Shown here: positions 10,723-18,356 of the stretch, in pieces
How the letters are laid out: each line of letters starts with the position of its first letter
How positions within the stretch are numbered: the stretch's first letter is position 1
Source: a virus
Taxonomy: Duplodnaviria; Caudoviricetes
IMG/VR virus record: IMGVR_UViG_3300032233_003524
Coordinates: 18,028-82,027 of that record
Length of the DNA: 64,000 nucleotides
Reading direction: 5' to 3' (one strand)
Position numbers and translations under genes: made by a program
The notes under the pieces: generated by a model
Database searches by the model: none
Told to the model about the DNA's origin: nothing
The model's input: the letters and a program-made list of their open reading frames with translations, nothing else

Positions 10723-11337
10723 TTATTTATTATAATTTGTAATAGAATCTATTAATTGTTGTACAACTGATTTTAACGCTTCATTGTTTAAATCATATTT
10801 TTTATTGATTTTATCAAATATTTGACAATTATTTTCTATAAAATCAAAAGATGACTCATCATTAAAATTAATATGGAAATCTCTAACTGCATTCGAATAT
10901 TGCATCATTATTTCCATGCGTTCAGAAAAATTTTGTCTATCTATAAAAAAATCATCTTCTACTTCAGAAGAAAAATTTTGTAATATTTTTTGTGCAGCTT
11001 TAACTTTTGTACATTTATCCATATAGTGCACAAAATCTACGGGTTTACTCCCTTGTCTACAACCATAACAAAAATAAGTATTAGTATCTGGATAATAATA
11101 AAAGGAAGCCGTACTTTCACGACCTCCTTTATGCGACTTAAATGGACATGTTGTTTTACGATTATTTTCATCTAGTCGTAAACCATACATCATAAAAATT
11201 TTTTTTATAGAAATACTATTTGCCTGTTCAATTATATTTTGATACCCTTCTCCCGCAAAAGGAGCTGTAAAACTTCCAGCCTCCCCTGATGCCTCGCTAG
11301 AACTAATGGGTCTATTTGAACTTGATAGGTCGCACAT
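10723..11337 (-). CDS. Stand-alone CHC2 (DnaG-type) zinc-finger protein, no TOPRIM domain
   Basis: CPFKSHK..E.TASF..Y....YFCYGC. Confidence 0.8.
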   Translation of the reverse strand: MCDLSSSNRPISSSEASGEAGSFTAPFAGEGYQNIIEQANSISIKKIFMMYGLRLDENNRKTTCPFKSHKGGRESTASFYYYPDTNTYFCYGCRQGSKPVDFVHYMDKCTKVKAAQKILQNFSSEVEDDFFIDRQNFSERMEIMMQYSNAVRDFHINFNDESSFDFIENNCQIFDKINKKYDLNNEALKSVVQQLIDSITNYNK

Positions 11338-11420
11338 AGTTGTGAATACTGGCTAAATAATTCTTTTTCCTCTGACAATAAAGATAATAAAAATTCTTTT
11401 GTTATAGTTAAGTTATTCAT
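11232..11420 (-). CDS. Small hypothetical protein overlapping the CHC2 gene
   Basis: ATG 11420 overlaps upstream stop (ATGAATAA coupling); MNNLTITKEFLL..LARHQGRLEVLQLLL. Confidence 0.45.
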   Translation of the reverse strand: MNNLTITKEFLLSLLSEEKELFSQYSQLCATYQVQIDPLVLARHQGRLEVLQLLLREKGIKI

Positions 11421-11916
11421 CTTTTTTAGTCTTGTCAAGGGATTGGATTTGTTTTATAATTTTAGAAGATAAATTATCTATATCAATTTTTTTATCTAAT
11501 TGGCTAATAGAATATTCTAAATTATTAATTCTGTCTCTTTGAGATAAAACTGTTTTAAATAATAAGGTTATCCAACTTAATGATCCCATTCCCTCTTGTT
11601 CATTGGGATCATTATTAATTTCAGATGCTAGCTGAATCATTTTTGATAAAACTTCTCTTTCTAATTCTGTATTAAAAATATTTTTATTTTGTGATAAAGT
11701 TTTATCTTCTACAATTTTTTTAAATTGTACTGCAAGTTCTGCTGCTCTTTGTTTATAACTTGCCATTTTCTGTTCAACAGCTTTGACTTGTTTTTCAAAA
11801 TCTTCTTGTGTTGGCTTCTTTTTCATTTGCTCAAAAATAGATCTTTGTGTACTTACATTTTTAAGACCTGTTTTTTGATTAGAAACTTGGTCTTCATCTT
11901 CTTCATCAAATGGCAT
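11413..11916 (-). CDS. Hypothetical coiled-coil protein
   Basis: 167 aa ORF, SD GAGGA. Confidence 0.75.
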   Translation of the reverse strand: MPFDEEDEDQVSNQKTGLKNVSTQRSIFEQMKKKPTQEDFEKQVKAVEQKMASYKQRAAELAVQFKKIVEDKTLSQNKNIFNTELEREVLSKMIQLASEINNDPNEQEGMGSLSWITLLFKTVLSQRDRINNLEYSISQLDKKIDIDNLSSKIIKQIQSLDKTKKDE

Positions 11917-11931
11917 ATGTCCTCATAAATG

Positions 11932-12210
11932 TTATTTTTTTCTAGCTATGACTAAAAATCTTTCCATTCTTTCAACTGTAAATGTAGCGCCTAATGCAAT
12001 CTCTAATGCAGGCAATACAGAAGTTGCCGAAGCTATTACATATAATTTTGAAGGCTCAACAGTTGCGGGCTTGCAATACTGGCTAACTATTTGAGATGGT
12101 AATGAAAACATTTCAATTTTTTTATTCTTTATTTCTGCCCAAATTTTTTCTGCCTCTGTTTTTTGCGCTTCTGGTTTTTGTGAAGTTTCTTCTTTAGAAT
12201 TTTTACTCAT
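11932..12210 (-). CDS. Hypothetical protein
   Basis: 92 aa ORF, SD AGGAGA. Confidence 0.75.
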   Translation of the reverse strand: MSKNSKEETSQKPEAQKTEAEKIWAEIKNKKIEMFSLPSQIVSQYCKPATVEPSKLYVIASATSVLPALEIALGATFTVERMERFLVIARKK

Positions 12211-12228
12211 AAAATCTCCTTATAAATC

Positions 12229-12525
12229 TTATATATCATTAAATGCGTTTTTAAATGCAGATGTCATGCTGACGCCAGTTATTCTTTTAATTTCTTTATT
12301 TTTAAATAAAATAACTGTAGGTATTTCTTCTACTTTAAATCTTGTACATAAATTTTTAAAAAAATCAGTATCTATTGCATAAAAGATAATATCTTTATGC
12401 TTTTCTTCAATTTTAGAAATCATTAGTAGCATTTTTTTATTGAAAGGCATCCAAGATGCATAAAAATATAATGCTACTTTTCTATCATTGAGATTTAAAT
12501 CGTTTTCTTCTGTAAGAAATATCAT
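12229..12525 (-). CDS. Thioredoxin-fold protein lacking CxxC
   Basis: FYASWMPFN in place of FWAxWCGPC; IPTVILFKN cis-Pro motif kept. Confidence 0.75.
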   Translation of the reverse strand: MIFLTEENDLNLNDRKVALYFYASWMPFNKKMLLMISKIEEKHKDIIFYAIDTDFFKNLCTRFKVEEIPTVILFKNKEIKRITGVSMTSAFKNAFNDI

Positions 12526-12764
12526 TAATTTTTCTTATCATCAGAATTATAAGATTGAACAATTGAATCTAAATCTTGTGTTATATTAGCCTTTTCTAAT
12601 AAAGATTTTGCAACTTTTTCAGATAAATCTTTCATTATGCTAGAAAATTCTTCATTATTAGTAATATTATTTTTAATTAATATTTTTTCAATAGTTGTTA
12701 ATCTTAGTAAGATATCAGCTATAATAATTTCTTGTTCTAATCTTTCTAAATCTTTTTTATTCAT
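12525..12764 (-). CDS. Hypothetical protein
   Basis: 79 aa ORF coupled to neighbours. Confidence 0.7.
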   Translation of the reverse strand: MNKKDLERLEQEIIIADILLRLTTIEKILIKNNITNNEEFSSIMKDLSEKVAKSLLEKANITQDLDSIVQSYNSDDKKN

Positions 12765-12765
12765 A

Positions 12766-13284
12766 TTATTTTCCGCAACATTTCTTATATTTTTTATTTG
12801 AACCGCAAATGCATAAAGTGTTAGGTTTTGGTTTATTATTCAGTTTTACAGATTGAATTTTATGATCCATAAATAATACAGAATTTAAATGATCTAATTC
12901 ATGCTGACAAACAACTGCAATTAAGCCTGTAGCTATAAAAGAATTAGGATATTTTAAGTTATTACTTACATGAATTTCTTGAAATCTAGTAGTAGTTTCT
13001 ACACGTCCAGGAAATGATAAGCAGCCTTCATCTTTAAAAGTTTTAGGATCAAATCCATTTTGTAACTTACAATTAATTAAATTGATATTAATACTCCCAA
13101 GTCTAATAATAGCAATATTTTTAGCTATACCAATTTGTGGAGCTGCAAGTCCTATACCGTTTTTGCCTAAACGATTTGCATATTTTAATTCAGACTCTAG
13201 TGTATCAATTAAAGTGCCAACCTCATCTAATGACACTTCATCGCATTTTACTCTTAAAGCCTCTTCATTATTTGTAATAATCAT
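12766..13284 (-). CDS. def: Peptide deformylase with C-terminal SEC-C motif
   Basis: GIGLAAPQIG, EGCLS, QHELDH; tail PNTLCICGSNKKYKKCCGK. Confidence 0.93.
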   Translation of the reverse strand: MIITNNEEALRVKCDEVSLDEVGTLIDTLESELKYANRLGKNGIGLAAPQIGIAKNIAIIRLGSININLINCKLQNGFDPKTFKDEGCLSFPGRVETTTRFQEIHVSNNLKYPNSFIATGLIAVVCQHELDHLNSVLFMDHKIQSVKLNNKPKPNTLCICGSNKKYKKCCGK

Positions 13285-13292
13285 TAATGATC

Positions 13293-13301
13293 AATATATC
13301 A
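13293..13301 (-). promoter_or_regulatory. Extended -10 box TGATATATT, 8 nt before def ATG
   Basis: Read directly; no SD between box and ATG. Confidence 0.55.
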
Positions 13302-13316
13302 TCATTGAAATTTTAA

Positions 13317-13517
13317 TTATTTTGATTGGCAACGGCATCCATTTTGTTTTTTATTAGCATTTAACACTATATGTTTTAAACAAATAGAACAGACTTGATC
13401 TTTTTTAGAACATTCGTCGCATAATATGTACATATTTATTTCAATTTTCTCTTTGCATTTTATACATTTATGCTGGTTATATTTAAGTAGTAATGTTGAA
13501 CATGTATTGCAAAGCAT
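13317..13517 (-). CDS. Small Cys-rich zinc-binding protein (CRIPT-like spacing)
   Basis: Four CxxC pairs plus CRC tail; SD GGAG. Confidence 0.7.
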   Translation of the reverse strand: MLCNTCSTLLLKYNQHKCIKCKEKIEINMYILCDECSKKDQVCSICLKHIVLNANKKQNGCRCQSK

Positions 13518-13560
13518 AAAACTCCATATTATAATAATATGGTATATTATTGGAGGATAA

Positions 13561-13710
13561 ATGGATAAATTTTTACCATTCTTATACGAAAAGGCAAAGA
13601 AAGATAAGTTTGAACAAAAATTTTTATATGTGGATTATCCAATAAAAGAAAATAACAAAGATGACTACGAAAATGAACAGTCATCTGTTGAAATTATAGA
13701 AATACTATAA
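13561..13710 (+). CDS. Small hypothetical protein (49 aa, not in ORF track)
   Basis: MDKFLPFLYEKAKKDKF..EIIEIL*; SD GGAGGA and TGGTATATT box at 13540-13548. Confidence 0.65.
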   Translation: MDKFLPFLYEKAKKDKFEQKFLYVDYPIKENNKDDYENEQSSVEIIEIL

Positions 13711-13935
13711 TTACTTTAACACTTTATCCCAAAGTGTCTTATTATTTGAAATACTCAAATAATTAGATAGCATATCTTTTACTTGACTATAGTCATTTTC
13801 CGGATCACTATCGTCCAAACAATTTTGGCAAATTTTAAATTTAGTTACATTTATAGATGATAAAGTAACATTATGCAAATCATCTGGATTAAATTCTTCA
13901 GCACATATAATACAATTTTCTGCTTGTGAACTCAT
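13711..13935 (-). CDS. Small zinc-binding protein
   Basis: CIIC..CQNC. Confidence 0.7.
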   Translation of the reverse strand: MSSQAENCIICAEEFNPDDLHNVTLSSINVTKFKICQNCLDDSDPENDYSQVKDMLSNYLSISNNKTLWDKVLK

Positions 13936-13941
13936 GATATA

Positions 13942-13950
13942 AATATATCA
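13942..13950 (-). promoter_or_regulatory. Extended -10 box TGATATATT, 6 nt before ATG 13935 (leaderless geometry)
   Basis: TGATATATT-tatatc-ATG. Confidence 0.6.
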
Positions 13951-13972
13951 CAATATTACGTGTGTTATAAAA

Positions 13973-14488
13973 CTATACAATAAAATTGTCCCAATCATTA
14001 TGCCAATGATCTGTATAATCATAAATAAAATATGCCGAATTATAAGAGGGATGTGTTGGCTTTTTTAAAAGCTTCATATTTGCCTGCTCTGGAGTATTAT
14101 TTGCTTTTTTACTATTACATGTAAGACAGCATATAACACAATTATTAAATGATGTTGCCCCTCCATGAGATTTTGGTATAACATGGTCTACTGTAATTTG
14201 TGATCCGACTAATTTTTTATTACAATATTGACATGTACTTTTGTCTCTTTTTATTAAGACTTTTCTACTAAAATTTACATTAGTTTGATTAATTTTTACA
14301 TAATTTTTAAGTCTTAATACAGAGGGGAAATTTATTTTTCCAGAGCCCCAAGCAATACACTCTTCCCATGTAGATAATATTTCGGCTTTATCTTTAAAGA
14401 TTAATTTTAATACTTTTTTTGCAGGTATAAAAGATAAAACCTCATATGTAGCATTTAATAATAACGTTTTTTTAGACATATTTTTCAT
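13973..14488 (-). CDS. HNH endonuclease
   Basis: RDKSTCQYC..TVDHVIPKSHGG..FNNCVICCLTCNSKK. Confidence 0.9.
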   Translation of the reverse strand: MKNMSKKTLLLNATYEVLSFIPAKKVLKLIFKDKAEILSTWEECIAWGSGKINFPSVLRLKNYVKINQTNVNFSRKVLIKRDKSTCQYCNKKLVGSQITVDHVIPKSHGGATSFNNCVICCLTCNSKKANNTPEQANMKLLKKPTHPSYNSAYFIYDYTDHWHNDWDNFIV

Positions 14489-14505
14489 CTAAATCTTTAC
14501 TCTTA

Positions 14506-15216
14506 TTAAAGATATCTTTTTATTGAAATATTTATATCTTCGCCATTGCAAACTTCATTACCAAGACATGTCCATCCAGGTCTAACTCTTCTGGCAAATA
14601 ATTCAATTTTATTAAATTGATCATCTGGAAACATCTTTTCCAAAGAATCTTGTAGATGTTCTGGTTTAGCAGAATGTCTAAGATTTTCTCCAAAACTAAC
14701 AGATCGTTGTGATTTATTTTTTAAATGTTTATAAATTTTATTACTATTAGTGCCTACTAAACAAATTTCATGAGTCTGTCTAAATAGGCGCCCCATTCCA
14801 AATGATAATTCATCAGCTAAATTAATGTTTCCAGTATAATTAATAATATTATTAATAGCATTAATATAAGTAGACTTGTCATAAATTTTAGTTGACTTTA
14901 ATACATTTTTTTTAATCCATTTATTAAAATTATTTAATATTTGTTTTTTAGACTTAACCCAAACGTAAGTTTGTTTATGATTAAATCCCCAAGCTTTCAT
15001 TACATCTAAGCCTTCTTGCAATAAAGAAGACGGAACCCATAAAGCTAAAATTGCCCCTTCAGGATCAGCAATAGAGTTTACTGGTATATTTTTAATATCT
15101 TCATTGCTCATTAATTTATAATTATCAGATGCACCTCTAGGAGTATCTGACATTTTTAATCCATCAAAAAAAAACCAGGGCGGGTCAGCTACTAAAACCG
15201 TAAATTTTTTAGACAT
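14506..15216 (-). CDS. MT-A70 family adenine methyltransferase
   Basis: VADPPW, LALWV, WGF...Y.WVK, HSAKP, IELFARR..GW..LGNE. Confidence 0.9.
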   Translation of the reverse strand: MSKKFTVLVADPPWFFFDGLKMSDTPRGASDNYKLMSNEDIKNIPVNSIADPEGAILALWVPSSLLQEGLDVMKAWGFNHKQTYVWVKSKKQILNNFNKWIKKNVLKSTKIYDKSTYINAINNIINYTGNINLADELSFGMGRLFRQTHEICLVGTNSNKIYKHLKNKSQRSVSFGENLRHSAKPEHLQDSLEKMFPDDQFNKIELFARRVRPGWTCLGNEVCNGEDINISIKRYL

Positions 15217-15261
15217 AATTATTCTTTCTAAAAATATAATTGAATATAATAATAATATTTA

Positions 15262-15987
15262 TTATTTAATAATTGCTATTGGTAATTCAAATGGAGATTT
15301 AGAGCCATCTACTATAATAATTTGTGTAGATTCTAGTTTTTCTTTTGTCATAGACTCTCTTTTTTTAATAATTATTTTATATTCTCCAGGAGTCAATGAC
15401 GCCATCCATTTTCCAGTACCATTTGTTCTAGTTTTAAATACAGTATCAGAAGTAAGATTATTTGTAATCTCTACATCTGCTAGAAATATTGATTTGCCAT
15501 TTTTATCTACTATTCTTTGTATGACAGGGACTGAAGTAGTATTATTAGATGTATTTTCTACAGATTTTGAAATATTTTTTTTGCTTTTACTTTCTTCATT
15601 TGAGCTTACTAAAATGGTTGGAGTTTCATCTGCTTTTACTTTTTTATCTGCTTTTTGAACATACATGTTGTCTCCAGAAAATGTTTCTGGTCTAGATGTT
15701 CTTCTAAATCCTTGAGGATTATTATCAACAGATAAATTAAAATCAGAAGATATCTTAATATTATTATCTTCTTCATCTTGCTGATTTTTCGTAAGCGTAG
15801 ACATATCCACCGCTTCAATTTTAATATTAGGAGACTGTGTAGTATTAATTTTGTCAACTATACCATTTAATTTATTAGATAAAATCTTTATATTTAAATC
15901 TTGACTTCTAATTATGTTAGTCAAAATATCAATTTTAGATTCTAAATCTAATAAAACATCAGTCGCTTTTCTTGGTCCCTTTTCCAA
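15262..15987 (-). CDS. Hypothetical protein (N-terminal coiled coil, C-terminal beta-sandwich)
   Basis: 241 aa ORF, SD GAGG. Confidence 0.7.
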   Translation of the reverse strand: MEKGPRKATDVLLDLESKIDILTNIIRSQDLNIKILSNKLNGIVDKINTTQSPNIKIEAVDMSTLTKNQQDEEDNNIKISSDFNLSVDNNPQGFRRTSRPETFSGDNMYVQKADKKVKADETPTILVSSNEESKSKKNISKSVENTSNNTTSVPVIQRIVDKNGKSIFLADVEITNNLTSDTVFKTRTNGTGKWMASLTPGEYKIIIKKRESMTKEKLESTQIIIVDGSKSPFELPIAIIK

Positions 15988-15996
15988 AATAATACC

Positions 15997-16620
15997 TCAT
16001 TCTAAAAATAATCCTACTTTTATATTTACTTTTTTAATAATACTAATATCTTCTAGTGCGATAGGATTTCCTTCGCATAATTCATGTTCTCCAAAAACTA
16101 AATCACATGCTTGTTTTTGTATATATTCAGAGTCTCCTGAGCAAATGATCACATCATTTACTAGTAGCAAATAATCTCCACTTTTTAAATTATGAATAGT
16201 ATTAGTTATACTATCTTCAGGAACAGAATGGGAGCTTGTAGAACTCCCATTCTGTTCTGCTATCTCAAAATTTGCTGATGAAATATAATCATTATTATCA
16301 ATCATTTTTGAATGGTCAATCTCTTCAAAATCATCAATAATTTCTCCATCTAAACTTGACCATGCCTGATCTAAATTATTACCAACATTTGGAAGCGTAT
16401 TGTTAATAACATTAGTGCTTATTGTATTTCTTAATGAAATATTTTTAATTCTAGGATTATCCTGATTAGGCACAGCTAAAGGGGTATTGTTAGGAACAGC
16501 ACTTCCTTTCCATTGTTCCGGCTCTACTCCTAAAACTTGATATTGCGGAACATATGGATTATATGGAGAATCAACATTTCTTTCAGCATTTTTATAAAAT
16601 TTTATTTTATTTTGAGACAT
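15997..16620 (-). CDS. Hypothetical protein
   Basis: 207 aa ORF. Confidence 0.7.
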   Translation of the reverse strand: MSQNKIKFYKNAERNVDSPYNPYVPQYQVLGVEPEQWKGSAVPNNTPLAVPNQDNPRIKNISLRNTISTNVINNTLPNVGNNLDQAWSSLDGEIIDDFEEIDHSKMIDNNDYISSANFEIAEQNGSSTSSHSVPEDSITNTIHNLKSGDYLLLVNDVIICSGDSEYIQKQACDLVFGEHELCEGNPIALEDISIIKKVNIKVGLFLE

Positions 16621-16623
16621 TAT

Positions 16624-16986
16624 TTATCCATTTTCTACTTCTGCTGTTTTTCTCTTTCTTTTAAAGAATTTATTAGATGAATTTATTTCTAATAATTTTC
16701 TCTTCATTTCATTTCTTTTTCGTCTCTTCTTGTCAGAAGGCTTTTCATAAGATTGTTTTTCTTTATATAAAGAAAGAGTTCTTTCCTTTTGTACTAGTGC
16801 CCTAAAAGCCCTTAGAGCTTTATCAAAGCCATTGTTGTAAACTACCACTTCTAATGGTTTTGCAACTACTGGTTGTATATGGGAAAAATCTGTATTATCG
16901 CTGCTGACAACAGCTGTCTCGAATTCACCCCCTCTCAATGACTTTGATGGTTTATTTTTATATTTTTTAAATGTCTTTTCTTTCAT
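16624..16986 (-). CDS. rpsU: Ribosomal protein bS21 with N-terminal extension
   Basis: LEVVVYNNGFDKALRAFRALVQKERTLSLYKEKQSYEKPSDKKRRKR matches the bS21 pattern (V.V....E.AL+.F++.......l.e.+.+..YEKPS.+++++). Confidence 0.85.
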   Translation of the reverse strand: MKEKTFKKYKNKPSKSLRGGEFETAVVSSDNTDFSHIQPVVAKPLEVVVYNNGFDKALRAFRALVQKERTLSLYKEKQSYEKPSDKKRRKRNEMKRKLLEINSSNKFFKRKRKTAEVENG

Positions 16987-17014
16987 ATCTATCTACTAAC
17001 CCGGTTTAACCTTT

Positions 17015-18328
17015 TCATTTAAAGTATTTATCAGTCTTGATTGACTTATTATTGACAATATGTTTTTCTTTAATAAGCTTCATCAATGCTTTATCTATAT
17101 CCTTCTCTGTTGGATTTTTTCTATTATTAGACAATGCTTCAAACATTGAAGAAATATAAATATCTTTTAAATAAGCATAAGAAAATTGATAAGATTCCGC
17201 ATACTTAGATAAGTCTCTGCACTTCTTTATGGATAATGTATTTCCAAACCATTTTTTTAAATATAAGAAAGCCATTTCTTGATTTGGTAATGGTATTTCC
17301 ATCTTCCTATCAAATCTAGATGGTCTATCAGTAATACTTGGTTTTAATTTTTTAATTTCATTAGCCGTTGCAACTACCAATAATCCATTTTTAGCAGAAA
17401 TGCCATCCATTAAATTTAAAAATGAAGATATGTCATTTTTTTCTAAAAGAGAATCTAAGTCTTCAAAATATAGTAAGGATGGACTTTGTTCTTCTGCATA
17501 AGCAAAAGCATCTCTGATAGCATCATCACTTGCTCCTGGAAATATAGTAACGGGTTTGAAATTATACATAGACATAATGGTCCTTATAATTGAAGTCTTA
17601 CCGTTACCAGGCTTACCATATAGCAAAAGACCTCTTTTCCATGGCATTTTATTTTTTAAATAAAAATCTTTTGATGAAAGAAATCCTTCTACTAAATTTT
17701 TTAATTCTAATTTAATATTTTGTGGCAAAAACAAATCATCCCAAGTTAAATCTTTATTATATGGAATGTCTTCGCCATCTATTACTCTAATATGTAAATT
17801 AGATCGGTCTCTAAGCTGAACCCAATTGTCAAATTCATTTCTTAATTTGATATAGGTTTCATAATTTTTATTAGATACAATTGTAAAAAAGCCAACTTCA
17901 TCTTCATTTTGATTTCCTTTATGAAATAAAGCGGCGTGAATAAATTCTAAATTTTTAGACTTTATAAGAAAAACGCCTTGAACAAAGAACTTTTCATATT
18001 CATGATCTGTTTTCCAAGAAATAACAGAATCTTTATATAGGCATTCAATACTTATATTTTTTTCCTTACAAAACTGTATAAATTGTCCATCAATTACAAT
18101 TCTATTATGAACAAATTTATTTAAATCATGCTTATCTTTTAAAGCAAAAGAAAAATTATTTAATCCCCAATTCATTAGTTCTATAAAATTAGAACTTGGT
18201 CTTGGTGGTAAACTATCTACTTGCTGATTATATACAATAAAGCTGCTTAATTTATCTGCAGATAAATGCTCTTGGTTTTCCATTTCTGTTGGTGATAAAT
18301 AATCTTGAATTTTTGTTTTACTTTGCAT
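17015..18328 (-). CDS. AAA+ ATPase (single domain, classic clade)
   Basis: LLYGKPGNGKT, YFEDLD, FLNLMDG, DRPSRFD. Confidence 0.9.
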   Translation of the reverse strand: MQSKTKIQDYLSPTEMENQEHLSADKLSSFIVYNQQVDSLPPRPSSNFIELMNWGLNNFSFALKDKHDLNKFVHNRIVIDGQFIQFCKEKNISIECLYKDSVISWKTDHEYEKFFVQGVFLIKSKNLEFIHAALFHKGNQNEDEVGFFTIVSNKNYETYIKLRNEFDNWVQLRDRSNLHIRVIDGEDIPYNKDLTWDDLFLPQNIKLELKNLVEGFLSSKDFYLKNKMPWKRGLLLYGKPGNGKTSIIRTIMSMYNFKPVTIFPGASDDAIRDAFAYAEEQSPSLLYFEDLDSLLEKNDISSFLNLMDGISAKNGLLVVATANEIKKLKPSITDRPSRFDRKMEIPLPNQEMAFLYLKKWFGNTLSIKKCRDLSKYAESYQFSYAYLKDIYISSMFEALSNNRKNPTEKDIDKALMKLIKEKHIVNNKSIKTDKYFK

Positions 18329-18356
18329 AATTAATATTTAACCGCTTCTTTCTATT

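Noticed and set aside
17015-18328. AAA ATPase as the ClpP unfoldase partner
   Set aside because: Classic-clade AAA motifs, no IGF/L loop or ClpX zinc domain, and not adjacent to the clpP pair.
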